From Candidatus Doudnabacteria bacterium (GTDB lineage Bacteria > Patescibacteriota > Doudnabacteria > UBA920): DNA of 64,000 nucleotides. The stretch covers positions 11,330 through 75,329 of the forward strand of contig JARLHZ010000022.1 of assembly GCA_031291995.1 (NCBI GenBank). Reading direction: 5' to 3'. Within the stretch, counting starts at the first letter, position 1. Each line of letters starts with the position of its first letter. Shown piece by piece: positions 8,621 to 17,195 of this stretch. Under the pieces are notes generated by a model. That model had not been told where the DNA came from. It searched no databases and saw only the letters and a list, made by a program, of their open reading frames with translations. A program made the position numbers and the translations under genes.

Positions 8621-8670
8621 GTGTCAAAGGTGCTCTTTGCCACAGCTGTGGCAAAGAGCACCTTTGACAC
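8621..8670. repeat. REP doublet (inverted pair separated by AGCT) flanking the 3' side of RAYT
   Basis: GTGTCAAAGGTGCTCTTTGCCAC-AGCT-GTGGCAAAGAGCACCTTTGACAC, 6 nt after the RAYT stop. Confidence 0.75.
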
Positions 8671-8711
8671 TATCATGCATCTGTTGACGGGATGCGCGGT
8701 TTAAAATATAC

Positions 8712-8742
8712 TTTAGTTGAACAGTTGAACTGTTCAACTAAA
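8712..8742. promoter_or_regulatory. 31-nt near-perfect palindrome (TTTAGTTGAACAG-TTGAA-CTGTTCAACTAAA), likely TA operator
   Basis: 13-bp inverted arms with GTTGAAC triplets lie 20 nt upstream of the AbrB-type antitoxin. Autoregulated TA promoters typically carry such operators. Confidence 0.45.
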
Positions 8743-8762
8743 TATTAAATAGTCGTTTATTT

Positions 8763-9056
8763 ATGCCTATTGTTACCGTAAAAAATAAATATCAGGTGGT
8801 TATACCGCAGACTCTGCGGCAGCAGATTGGAGTTAATATTGGGGACTTAATGGAGGCCAAAGTGGAAAAGGGGAAAATTACTTTTACCCCAAAGACTCTT
8901 GTTGACAGCCTGGAAAGCCGGATTGCCGAGAGCATGGCAGACTATAAAGCCGGACGGTCTTACGGACCGTTTGAGACCGCGGATGAACTTATCGCGTCTT
9001 TAAAGGGTATGCTAAAAAAGCGCGCAGCTTTTAAAAAGAAACATAAGATTTTATAA
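8763..9056 (+). CDS. AbrB/MazE/SpoVT-family antitoxin
   Basis: 97 aa. 'PIVTVKNKYQVVIPQTLRQQIGVNIGDLME' forms a swapped-hairpin AbrB-type DNA-binding domain. Its stop overlaps the downstream toxin start (TAAATG). Confidence 0.6.
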   Translation: MPIVTVKNKYQVVIPQTLRQQIGVNIGDLMEAKVEKGKITFTPKTLVDSLESRIAESMADYKAGRSYGPFETADELIASLKGMLKKRAAFKKKHKIL

Positions 9057-9302
9057 ATGCGAGCCCGTTATTCAAAAGGATTTTTTGATGCGTTAGAAAT
9101 TGCTCCTGATGCAATAAAAAAAGCTTTTTTCAAACAAGTTCGTTTTTTGGTTGCCAATTTGCGACACCCATCTTTGCATGCCAAAAAATATGACGAAAGC
9201 GGCGATCTCTGGCAGGCCCGCGTAAATGACGATTGGAGATTGTACTTTACCATACAAGGAGACGAATACCGCCTGCACGACATAAAACCCCATCCAAAAT
9301 AG
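9057..9302 (+). CDS. RelE/YafQ-like mRNA interferase toxin
   Basis: 81 aa. The C-terminal 'HPSLHAKKY..G.LWQARVNDDWRLYFTIQGDEYRLHDIKPH' matches the YafQ/RelE pattern (hP..ykdh..G.w...R..hv.pDwlLiY....d.l.l.rtGtH). Confidence 0.55.
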   Translation: MRARYSKGFFDALEIAPDAIKKAFFKQVRFLVANLRHPSLHAKKYDESGDLWQARVNDDWRLYFTIQGDEYRLHDIKPHPK

Positions 9303-9410
9303 GCCAACTTGGCCTATTTTTATATTGTTGAAAGGAATATACAGCAAAACGTGCCGTTTTGCCGAAGTTTTGCTATAATAGCAATTACTATCCTTTAACA
9401 TGTATTTATT

Positions 9411-11693
9411 ATGGCGAAAACCGTTTATCAGTCGGGCACCACTAAAGTCGTTGGCGTTATTTTTTTTATTTTAGTCAGCTTGAGCCTGCTTGCGCCCCTG
9501 TGGGTGTTTCGGGATCTGTTGTTTCCCTACGTGACCAGTAAGGCGTTTTTTTTCAGGATTTGCCTGGAGCTGGCTTTGCCGTTTTATGTTTATTTGTTGA
9601 TTGTCCGTCCCGAACTGCGTCCCAAATGGCGGCGGCAGTATTTGAACTGGTTGATGATTGTGTTTTTAATTTTGAATCTGGTTTCCGCCCTTTGGGGTGA
9701 TGTCCCGACCAGAAGCCTCTGGGGAAATTTTGAACGCATGGGCGGCGTTTATTACATTGCCCATTTAACATTGTTATATTTTTACGCGATTGCCCTGGCC
9801 CAAATGGGCGGGTCTTATTTTAAACGTTTTTTGCAGGTATTTTTAGCCGGCGCCATGGTGGTAACCATAAACGGAATTTTCGGCAAGCTTGGCCTGCCGA
9901 CTCTGGTAATGGATCCGTCCCTGCCGGTCCGCGTGTCCAGCACTTTAGGGAACCCGATATATGTAGGCAGCTTTTTAATTGTCCCGATGTTTTTGGCCAT
10001 GTTTTTTGGCGGCCAGGCGGAAGAGGCCTGGCAGAAGTACGGTTACTATTTTTCCGCTTTCTTATTTTTTGTGGGCATAGTGCTAAGCGGCACCAGAGGA
10101 GCCATGGTCGGCCTGATTGCCGGGGTATTTTTAGCCGCCGTTGCTTATGTGATTTTTAACCCCAGCCGCAAATTGAGGCTTTACGGCGCGGGTGCAATCG
10201 GTATATTTGTCTTGCTTTGCGCTTTATTGTTCGCATTTAACAGCAAGCTGCCGCAGGGTGATTTTCAGCGTCTGTTCCACTTAAAAGACAGCAACACCTC
10301 CGCCCGCCTGGTGCAGTGGGGCGTGGCTCTAAAGGGCTATAAAGAGCATCCCTGGTTCGGGGTCGGACCGGAAAATTATTACATTATTTCCAACAAATAT
10401 TACAATCCGGCTATTTTTGTGTTTGACCGCAGCTGGTTCGATAAGCCTCACAATTACTGGATAGAGGTTTTGGTGACCGATGGCGTGTTTGCCTTTATCA
10501 CATATTTGGGGATTTTGTTGTTGCTTGCCTGGGCGCTTTATAAAGGATACCGCGGAGGGTTTTTAACCCTGACGGAATTCTCCCTGCTTTTGGCGGCTTT
10601 GCTGGCCTATCAAATCCAAAACCTAACCGTATTTGACACCGTGCCGGCCAGCATCGCCTTTTACTGCCTAATGGGTTTGGCCGGATTTATTTGGGACGCT
10701 CAATTATCATCGAACGGCGGAAACGGCAAGGCCGCTCCGACGCCAAAGTTTAAACCTGCCGACCCTATTCTGCCCGCGGCCGCTTTTGGCGCGGCTCTGG
10801 TAGTTGCCGCTTATTTGGTTTACTCCACCAATATCGTACCGATGGAAATTGCCAAAGCCGTTAACTATGGATACGCCTACAGCAGCGTAGATCCGGCAAA
10901 GGCCGATGAATATTTCCAGCGCGCGGTAACTTTGCCGTTTAATTTTGACAAAACCCAGGTCGCCCAAAAATACGCGGAATTTTCCATAAACCTGGAACGT
11001 TCAGCAACTACTGCGACCCAAGCTACGGCTTCTAAGGTTAGCGATGAATCCATAGCATTTTTAAACGAGGCCTTGGCAACGGAACCGCAATACCCGATTT
11101 TATGGCAGGAATTGGCCGAGGTCTATTTGTTCAAGAATATTCAAAACGGACGGCTGTCCAGTGTGGATCCCCATGCCGAGATTGATATTCAAAAGGCTAT
11201 TGCCCTGGCGCCCGGGCGGGAAGAGCCATTAATAACCGAGGCGCAAATTCAGGCTTCGGAAGGGAACCTGACGGGTTCGGAAAATATTTTGAAAAATTTG
11301 GAAGCGGAGTTTCCAACCGATAACACCATTCCGGCGCAACTGGCTACCATTAACCGCTTGGGCGGGAAAGCGGACGAGGCGGCGGCGAGCATGCAAAAAG
11401 CTTTGGACGCCGGTTACGCCGTAACTTCGGCCAGCGAAGCGCAGTGGCTGGTGGATTATTATGGAAGTAAAAAACAGTACCCGCAGGCCCTGGAGCTGGA
11501 GCTGAAAATCCAGGCCATAGATCCGAATAATCCGGACGTCTTGCTCGGCCTGGCTCAGCTGTACGCGCAAAACGGGCAAAATACCGAGGCTATTGCCGCG
11601 GCTCGCGCGGCGGAACAGAGCGACCCGACCAAACAAAAAGAAATAGAAGCGTTTATTACTTCCTTGGGCGGCGCGGCTACTACAACTAAATAA
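9411..11693 (+). CDS. O-antigen ligase/polymerase-like (Wzy_C) membrane protein fused to C-terminal TPR repeats
   Basis: 760 aa with about 10 TM helices. It carries a Wzy_C-like loop and a C-terminal 250 aa rich in TPR-like helices (ALAPGREEPL..., AIDPNNPDVLLGLAQLYAQNGQNTEAI). Confidence 0.7.
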   Translation: MAKTVYQSGTTKVVGVIFFILVSLSLLAPLWVFRDLLFPYVTSKAFFFRICLELALPFYVYLLIVRPELRPKWRRQYLNWLMIVFLILNLVSALWGDVPTRSLWGNFERMGGVYYIAHLTLLYFYAIALAQMGGSYFKRFLQVFLAGAMVVTINGIFGKLGLPTLVMDPSLPVRVSSTLGNPIYVGSFLIVPMFLAMFFGGQAEEAWQKYGYYFSAFLFFVGIVLSGTRGAMVGLIAGVFLAAVAYVIFNPSRKLRLYGAGAIGIFVLLCALLFAFNSKLPQGDFQRLFHLKDSNTSARLVQWGVALKGYKEHPWFGVGPENYYIISNKYYNPAIFVFDRSWFDKPHNYWIEVLVTDGVFAFITYLGILLLLAWALYKGYRGGFLTLTEFSLLLAALLAYQIQNLTVFDTVPASIAFYCLMGLAGFIWDAQLSSNGGNGKAAPTPKFKPADPILPAAAFGAALVVAAYLVYSTNIVPMEIAKAVNYGYAYSSVDPAKADEYFQRAVTLPFNFDKTQVAQKYAEFSINLERSATTATQATASKVSDESIAFLNEALATEPQYPILWQELAEVYLFKNIQNGRLSSVDPHAEIDIQKAIALAPGREEPLITEAQIQASEGNLTGSENILKNLEAEFPTDNTIPAQLATINRLGGKADEAAASMQKALDAGYAVTSASEAQWLVDYYGSKKQYPQALELELKIQAIDPNNPDVLLGLAQLYAQNGQNTEAIAAARAAEQSDPTKQKEIEAFITSLGGAATTTK

Positions 11694-11695
11694 GC

Positions 11696-11728
11696 AAAAG
11701 CGCCCCACTTAACGGGGCGCTTTTAAAA
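11696..11728. terminator. Bidirectional intrinsic terminator between convergent genes
   Basis: AAAAGCGCCCC-ACTTAAC-GGGGCGCTTTTAAAA has A-runs and T-runs on both sides. It overlaps the stop of the minus-strand GT4 gene. Confidence 0.6.
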
Positions 11729-12848
11729 TATGTTGATAAATTTTTTCGGTATCTTCCAGCATTTTTTGTTCATCGAATAGATTCGACCGCTCAAGCGAAT
11801 TTTGGGAAAGCTCCCGCATTTTTTCGGGATTATTAATCAGGAAACTAATGCCGCCGGCTAAAGCCCCGGGGTCTTCGGACTTTACCAGCATGCCGGCACC
11901 CCCCAAGGCTTCCGGGACACCACCGACATTTGTGGCTATAATCGGCAATCCGGCCTGTATGGCTTCCAAAATGGCATATGGAAAGCCTTCTTTTCGGGAA
12001 GGAAGGACAAAGATATCAAAAGCCTTTAAATACTTTGAGGCATCGCGGATCTCCCCTAAAAGCTTAATGTATTTTTCCAGACCATAATTCCTAATTCCTA
12101 ATTCCAAATTCTTTCTCTCCGCGCCATCACCCAATATTACTATCTGAAGTTTTGATATTATTTGTTCATCGATTTTTGCCGCGGCTTCCACCAAAACATC
12201 CAGCCCCTTGGTCTTATAAAAATTAGCCACGGTGCCAATAATAATTTTATCATCCGCGATTTTTAAACTCCGGCGCGCTTCCTGTTTATTCAGGAATTGA
12301 ATTTGTCCGATGCCGTTATGAATGGTGCTGATTTTATCCGGAGAAATTAATTTATTAGCCAGAGCCGATTGTTTGTCCGCCTCCGACACCGTAATAATAT
12401 AGTCGCGGTAATTGGAGGCCATTTTTTCCAGGGCCAGAAAAAAATTCCTTTTTGCCGCGCCCATTGGCTCGTTAAAAATAAAGCCGTGGGCGGTAAACAC
12501 CACTTTCGTTTTGCCGCCGAAAGCGGATCCTCTACTGGCGGAAAGCCCCACCGCGGCAAAGCTGCCAAGGACTCCGGCTTTGCTGGAATTTAAATGCACT
12601 ATATCCGGTTTTTCGCGTTCAATGAGCCGCCGGATTTCCCAGGCGGCCAAAAAATCGTTTAGCGGGCTAAGCGCGCGTTTTAAATGAGGTAAGTTGTATG
12701 TTGTAATTTGTAAGTTTCGGGCATCATCAAACAGCTGTCCGGCTTCGCTCCCGGCCGCAATACTGCCGCCAAAATGCCTGGCCAACCCCAAAACATACTT
12801 TTGCGCCCCCCCGCCATCGGCCTGGGTAATAATGTAAAGAATTTTCAT
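11709..12848 (-). CDS. Glycosyltransferase family 4 (GT-B, retaining)
   Basis: 379 aa. The N-terminal motif is 'MKILYIITQADGGGAQKY'. The C-terminal EX7E motif is 'RKEGFPYAILEAIQAGLPIIATNVGGVPE'. Confidence 0.75.
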   Translation of the reverse strand: MKILYIITQADGGGAQKYVLGLARHFGGSIAAGSEAGQLFDDARNLQITTYNLPHLKRALSPLNDFLAAWEIRRLIEREKPDIVHLNSSKAGVLGSFAAVGLSASRGSAFGGKTKVVFTAHGFIFNEPMGAAKRNFFLALEKMASNYRDYIITVSEADKQSALANKLISPDKISTIHNGIGQIQFLNKQEARRSLKIADDKIIIGTVANFYKTKGLDVLVEAAAKIDEQIISKLQIVILGDGAERKNLELGIRNYGLEKYIKLLGEIRDASKYLKAFDIFVLPSRKEGFPYAILEAIQAGLPIIATNVGGVPEALGGAGMLVKSEDPGALAGGISFLINNPEKMRELSQNSLERSNLFDEQKMLEDTEKIYQHILKAPR

Positions 12849-12873
12849 TACGCTAATTGTAGCGGAAAACCGA

Positions 12874-12902
12874 TTGATTTAAAAGGGGAATTATGATAAA
12901 TT
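12874..12902 (+). promoter_or_regulatory. Candidate promoter TTGATT-17-TAAATT upstream of gmd (would give a leaderless mRNA starting at the second ATG, 12909)
   Basis: Hexamers with 17-nt spacing in the divergent intergenic region. The -10 element ends 0 nt before the first ATG and 6 nt before the second. Confidence 0.3.
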
Positions 12903-13925
12903 ATGTTTATGATTACACCACAAAAGACCGCGCTAATTACTGGCATCACCGGACAGGACGGCTCCTATTTGGCCGAATTTTTGTTGGCCAAGGGCTACTC
13001 GGTCCACGGGATTATGCGCCGGGCATCAACATTCAATACCGGGAGAATTGAACAAATTTATCAGGACCCGCATATGTCTCATCGCCGTTTATTTTTGCAT
13101 TACGGCGATTTATCCGACGCGTCAAATTTAAACCAACTTATAAAAACCATAAAGCCCATTGAAATTTATAACCTGGGGGCGCAAAGCCATGTCAAGGTCA
13201 GCTTTGAAATACCTGAGTTTACGTCCAATGTGGATGCCTTGGGGACTTTGAGGCTTTTGGACGCGGTGCGAGACAGTGGAGTCAAAACAAAAATTTATCA
13301 GGCCGGAAGCAGCGAAATGTTCGGGGAGGCGCTGGAAAAGCCGCAGACCGAGAAAACTCCTTTTAACCCAGTTAGCCCTTACGCGGCGGCCAAAGTTTTT
13401 GCCCATCAAATGTGCAAAATTTATCGGGACAGCTACGGGATGTTTATTTGCAACGGCATATTGTTTAATCACGAAAGCGAGCGACGGGGGAAAACTTTTG
13501 TCACGCGAAAAATTACCGCGGGGATAGCCGCGATTTTAGCCGGTAAACAGGACAAAATTTTTTTGGGGAATTTGGACGCCAAACGGGATTGGGGATATGC
13601 TCCCGAGTATGTTAAAGCCATGTGGCTGATGTTACAAAAAAGCAAACCGGACGATTATGTAATCGCCACGGGGGAAACCCACAGCATAAGGGAATTTTTG
13701 GATGTGGCTTTTGGCCTGGTGGGCAAAAAAAACTGGAAGCCATTTGTTAGTATTGACCCGGCGTATTACCGTCCGAGCGAAGTTGACTATTTGCTGGGTA
13801 ATGCAGGCAAGGCCAAAAAACAGCTCGGCTGGAGGCCAAAGGTCAAATTTAAGGAACTGGTCCGGATAATGATGGAAGCCGATTTACGGGATGCGGGCTT
13901 AAATCCGGCACAGTATTTAATATGA
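12903..13925 (+). CDS. gmd: GDP-mannose 4,6-dehydratase
   Basis: 340 aa. '[46 protein letters not shown]' is the canonical Gmd N-terminus. The SDR catalytic region and the C-terminal region are conserved. Confidence 0.85.
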   Translation: MFMITPQKTALITGITGQDGSYLAEFLLAKGYSVHGIMRRASTFNTGRIEQIYQDPHMSHRRLFLHYGDLSDASNLNQLIKTIKPIEIYNLGAQSHVKVSFEIPEFTSNVDALGTLRLLDAVRDSGVKTKIYQAGSSEMFGEALEKPQTEKTPFNPVSPYAAAKVFAHQMCKIYRDSYGMFICNGILFNHESERRGKTFVTRKITAGIAAILAGKQDKIFLGNLDAKRDWGYAPEYVKAMWLMLQKSKPDDYVIATGETHSIREFLDVAFGLVGKKNWKPFVSIDPAYYRPSEVDYLLGNAGKAKKQLGWRPKVKFKELVRIMMEADLRDAGLNPAQYLI

Positions 13926-14701
13926 AGCTGTTAACGTTGAATGTTTGGGGCGCAACGCGGGGCCAGGTGCTTTTTGATTATATCAGGGAGGAAGCCGAGG
14001 ATACCGATATTTTTTGTTTCCAGGAAATATTTTCCGCTTTGCCGGGCGCCCCTGAAATCAGCTCGGGCGGCAGGATGTTTTTATTTCAGGAGTTGTCCCG
14101 GATGTTGCCGGAATTTGCCGGATTTTACGACCCCCGCAGCAGCGAAGCGGATTTTAACGGCCCAATCGCGCAGCCAATCAGCCATGGGACAGCGATGTTT
14201 GTGCGCAAAAATTTGGAAATTTTAAATTATAGCGCGGAAATTATTGAGCAAACGCATAACGCTAATGATGCCGCGGAAGGCTGGACCAAAGCGCAAGTCT
14301 TAAAATTGGAACACTTGGGCGGGGCTTTTTTTGTTATAAATTTTCACGGCGTGGCACAGCCGGGCAACAAGCTGGATACTCCCCAAAGGCTGGCGCACGC
14401 GAAAAGGCTGAGGCTGATTTGGGACAGTTTGGATGGCGGGAAAATTTTGTGCGGGGACTTTAATATGTATCCGGAAATTGAGAGCATTAAACTTTTGGAG
14501 GAGCGGAGCCGAAACCTAATAAAGGAATTTAATGTTCAGAACACCCGTAATAATTTGTCCTGGGCCAAATATCCGGGCGGCAGGCAAACCTTCGCCGATT
14601 TCACTTTTGTCAGTTCGGAAATAAAAGTTAAAAATTTTGAGGTTCCGTATAATGAAGTTTCCGACCATTTGCCCATGATTTTGGAGTTTGATTTCCACTG
14701 A
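13922..14701 (+). CDS. Endonuclease/exonuclease/phosphatase (EEP) family protein
   Basis: 259 aa. It carries the 'LLTLNVWG' N-terminal EEP motif and a C-terminal 'SDHLPM' His motif. It is translationally coupled to gmd (ATGA overlap). Confidence 0.6.
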   Translation: MKLLTLNVWGATRGQVLFDYIREEAEDTDIFCFQEIFSALPGAPEISSGGRMFLFQELSRMLPEFAGFYDPRSSEADFNGPIAQPISHGTAMFVRKNLEILNYSAEIIEQTHNANDAAEGWTKAQVLKLEHLGGAFFVINFHGVAQPGNKLDTPQRLAHAKRLRLIWDSLDGGKILCGDFNMYPEIESIKLLEERSRNLIKEFNVQNTRNNLSWAKYPGGRQTFADFTFVSSEIKVKNFEVPYNEVSDHLPMILEFDFH

Positions 14702-14774
14702 TTACCAATAAACACAAATACTACCGGTTATCATTTTACGCCCATTTGAAAATTTGTGATTTGTCGTGAAGTAT

Positions 14775-15833
14775 ATGAAAATTCTCTTTTGCGGACTAAA
14801 GTATGAATATGGCAAGCCCTCGGCCGGTTTGTCTTTTGAATATCAAAATTTTTATCAGGTTTTAAATTCCATGCCGGGCATAGACTGCTCTCTGTTTGCC
14901 GTGGATGAAAAAATGTTGGAAGGCGGGCGGGAAGCAATGAACGCGCTGCTGATTAAAGAGGTTGAACTTACTAGTCCCGACTTATTGTTTTGCTTTCTTT
15001 TTACCGATGAAATCAAACAGAAAACTATCGAGCATATAACTAATCGTACCAAAACCAAGACTTTTAACTGGTTTGCGGACGACCATTGGCGACTGCCCAT
15101 TTATTCGCGATATTGGGCGCCATTGTTTACCATGGTCGGAACCACCGACTCCCGGGCACCGGCAAGGTACGCCGCATATGGCATAAAAAATGTGGTTAAA
15201 ACGCAATGGGCGGCCAATGTATCATTGTTCCGTCATGTCGGGGAATTGGAAAATCGGGGAATTGGAAGTTGCGATATTACATTTGTGGGAAAAAATTATG
15301 GGAAACGGGGAAAATATATTTCGGGGCTTAAATCGACCGGCCTTCCGGCCCGAGGTTTTGGCAAAGGCTGGGATGGCGGAATTGTCAGCCAACAAACTAT
15401 GTTGGAAATTTTTTCCCAGTCCAAAATCAACCTGAATTTTACCGAGAGTTATTTTACCTGGACCAACCAGTTGGCAAAGTTGCTTTTTAAAAAAAATCGC
15501 GGACGCTGGGCGTTAAGCTTCCATCCGCTTGACCAATTGCGTTCCTTGGCTGGCGCCAGGCGCCGGCAAATAAAAGGCCGCACCTTTGAAATTCCGGCCT
15601 GTGGCGGCTTTTTATTGAGCGGCGATGCGGACGACATCGGCAATTACTATGTGGACGGTAAAGAGGCAGTTATTTTTAAAAACGAGGCGGAGTTATTTGA
15701 AAAATGCCGTTATTACCTGTCTCATGATGCGGAACGCCAAGCTATCGCCCGAGCCGGACATGAGCGCACTTTGAGGGATAATACTTACGAAAAAAGATTT
15801 ACGGAAATTTTTAGGGCTTTGGGCTTAATGTGA
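14775..15833 (+). CDS. CgeB-like glycosyltransferase (DUF3880 + Glyco_trans_1_2)
   Basis: The ORF track starts at a GTG (14766). The first ATG is at 14775. The C-terminal 'CGGFLLSGDADDIGNYYVDGKEAVIFKNEAELFEKCRYYLSHDAERQAIARAG' is typical of the CgeB/GT1-like family. Confidence 0.5.
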   Translation: MKILFCGLKYEYGKPSAGLSFEYQNFYQVLNSMPGIDCSLFAVDEKMLEGGREAMNALLIKEVELTSPDLLFCFLFTDEIKQKTIEHITNRTKTKTFNWFADDHWRLPIYSRYWAPLFTMVGTTDSRAPARYAAYGIKNVVKTQWAANVSLFRHVGELENRGIGSCDITFVGKNYGKRGKYISGLKSTGLPARGFGKGWDGGIVSQQTMLEIFSQSKINLNFTESYFTWTNQLAKLLFKKNRGRWALSFHPLDQLRSLAGARRRQIKGRTFEIPACGGFLLSGDADDIGNYYVDGKEAVIFKNEAELFEKCRYYLSHDAERQAIARAGHERTLRDNTYEKRFTEIFRALGLM

Positions 15834-15846
15834 TATTATAACTATA

Positions 15847-16788
15847 ATGGATTTAAAACGAGCAAAAATTTTATTGACCGGCGGCCACGGATTTTTGGGA
15901 GAAAAGGTCTACAGCGAGCTTTTAAAAGCGGGCGTTTTGGCTGGCAATGTAAGCCGACCCCGGAGTAAAGAGCTTGATTTTAGGCTGGCCTCAGCTTGCG
16001 ATAAAGCCGTTAGTGGGCGGGATTTGGTTATTCATTTGGCGGCCAGCGTCGGCGGCATCGGGTTTAACCAAAATCATCCGGGTCAATTATTTTATGATAA
16101 TGCCATAATGGGCATTAATTTAATCGAGGCTTCGCGCAAAGCCGGGGTTAAAAAGTTTGTACAAGTGGGGACTGTATGTGCTTACCCAAAAGTTCCGGAG
16201 CATATTCCGTTTCGTGAAGACGATTTATGGAAAGGTTATCCTGAAGAAACCAATGCCCCGTACGGTTTAGCCAAACTGATGCTTTTGGAAATGCTTCAGG
16301 CTTATCGGCGCGAATATGGCTTTAATGGAATTTATTTATTACCGGTAAATTTATACGGCCCCGGTGATAATTTTAAGCCGGAATCGTCCCATGTTATTCC
16401 GGCTTTGATAAAAAAATTTGTCGAGGCCGCCAAAAATCATAATTCGGAAGTTGTGGTTTGGGGTTCAGGTAAAGCGTCGCGTGAATTTTTATATGTTGAC
16501 GATGCCGCACGGGCCATTGTTTTAGCTGCGCGAAAATACGACAAGCCCTACCCTGTCAACATCGGATCCAGCAATGAATTAAAAATCAAGGAGCTTGTAG
16601 CGCTTATCGCAAAAATCACCGGGTTTAAAGGCGAGATTGTTTGGGACGCAGCCAAGCCCGATGGCCAACCCCGCCGTAAGCTCGACGTAAGTCGGGCCAA
16701 AAAGGAGTTTGATTTTATATCTAAAGTTGAGTTTAAATATGGTTTGGGGAAAACAATTGCATGGTATAAGCAAAATTACCATAAATAA
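15847..16788 (+). CDS. fcl: GDP-L-fucose synthase (GDP-4-keto-6-deoxy-D-mannose 3,5-epimerase/4-reductase). A ColC-type GDP-colitose synthase cannot be excluded.
   Basis: 313 aa SDR. 'KPDGQPRRKLDVSRAKK.FDF' compares with Fcl 'KPDGTPRKLLDVSRL'. The N-terminal NAD-binding motif is 'ILLTGGHGFLG'. It is adjacent to gmd. Confidence 0.7.
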   Translation: MDLKRAKILLTGGHGFLGEKVYSELLKAGVLAGNVSRPRSKELDFRLASACDKAVSGRDLVIHLAASVGGIGFNQNHPGQLFYDNAIMGINLIEASRKAGVKKFVQVGTVCAYPKVPEHIPFREDDLWKGYPEETNAPYGLAKLMLLEMLQAYRREYGFNGIYLLPVNLYGPGDNFKPESSHVIPALIKKFVEAAKNHNSEVVVWGSGKASREFLYVDDAARAIVLAARKYDKPYPVNIGSSNELKIKELVALIAKITGFKGEIVWDAAKPDGQPRRKLDVSRAKKEFDFISKVEFKYGLGKTIAWYKQNYHK

Positions 16789-16825
16789 GCGGATTTACTA
16801 AAATTTTTGATACCTATTGACACCT

Positions 16826-16863
16826 AAATACACCTCTTGATACAATTGAGGTGTATTTTTTTT
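16826..16863 (+). terminator. Intrinsic terminator (AATACACCTC-loop-GAGGTGTATT + T8)
   Basis: 10-bp stem followed by TTTTTTTT after the fcl stop. Confidence 0.5.
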
Positions 16864-16871
16864 GTATAATT

Positions 16872-17117
16872 ATGCCTGAAATAAAACCAAATGAAGTTTA
16901 TACTACGGAAGAAAGTCGAGTATTATTGAAGATTAGCAATAGCACCATTAAACGGATGCTGAAGAGTGGATTATTGCGTGCCAATAAAGTAGGAAAACAA
17001 TACCGGATTTTGGGACACGAACTCCTGAGATTGGTTTCGCCGGAAATTGAAGAAAAAGCAGTTGATGTTTACCAAAAAATTAAGACAACCGCCAGAGAAA
17101 AAACCAAAAATTGGTAA
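16872..17117 (+). CDS. Helix-turn-helix DNA-binding protein (excisionase/MerR-like HTH_17)
   Basis: The first ATG is at 16872 (MPEIKPNEVYTTEESRVLLKISNSTIKRMLKSGLLRANKVGKQYRI). This is an excisionase-family HTH signature. The ORF-track start at 16851 overlaps the terminator. Confidence 0.45.
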   Translation: MPEIKPNEVYTTEESRVLLKISNSTIKRMLKSGLLRANKVGKQYRILGHELLRLVSPEIEEKAVDVYQKIKTTAREKTKNW

Positions 17118-17195
17118 AAAATAATTGACAAAATTTTAAGACAGCAATTTTTGTCAGTTATATCAATTTTTTAAATTTTGTCATTGTAACTATTT

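Noticed and set aside
11229-11708. 159-aa minus-strand ORF inside the O-antigen-ligase/TPR gene
   Set aside because: Antisense shadow ORF of a GC-skewed coding region. No start context and no family resemblance. It conflicts with a well-supported + strand gene.
12080-12110. Short direct repeat cctaattcctaattccaaattc
   Set aside because: It lies inside the GT4 coding sequence (minus strand) and encodes part of the protein. No evidence of a regulatory role.
14731-15206. Minus-strand ORFs (68-81 aa) overlapping the start of the CgeB-like gene
   Set aside because: Antisense to an annotated CDS. Short and without recognisable features. Likely non-coding.
16851-17117. Excisionase-like HTH gene as evidence of an integrated prophage or ICE in the glycan locus
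   Set aside because: No integrase, attachment-site repeats or phage structural genes are nearby. A lone HTH protein is insufficient. Kept as a plain DNA-binding protein.
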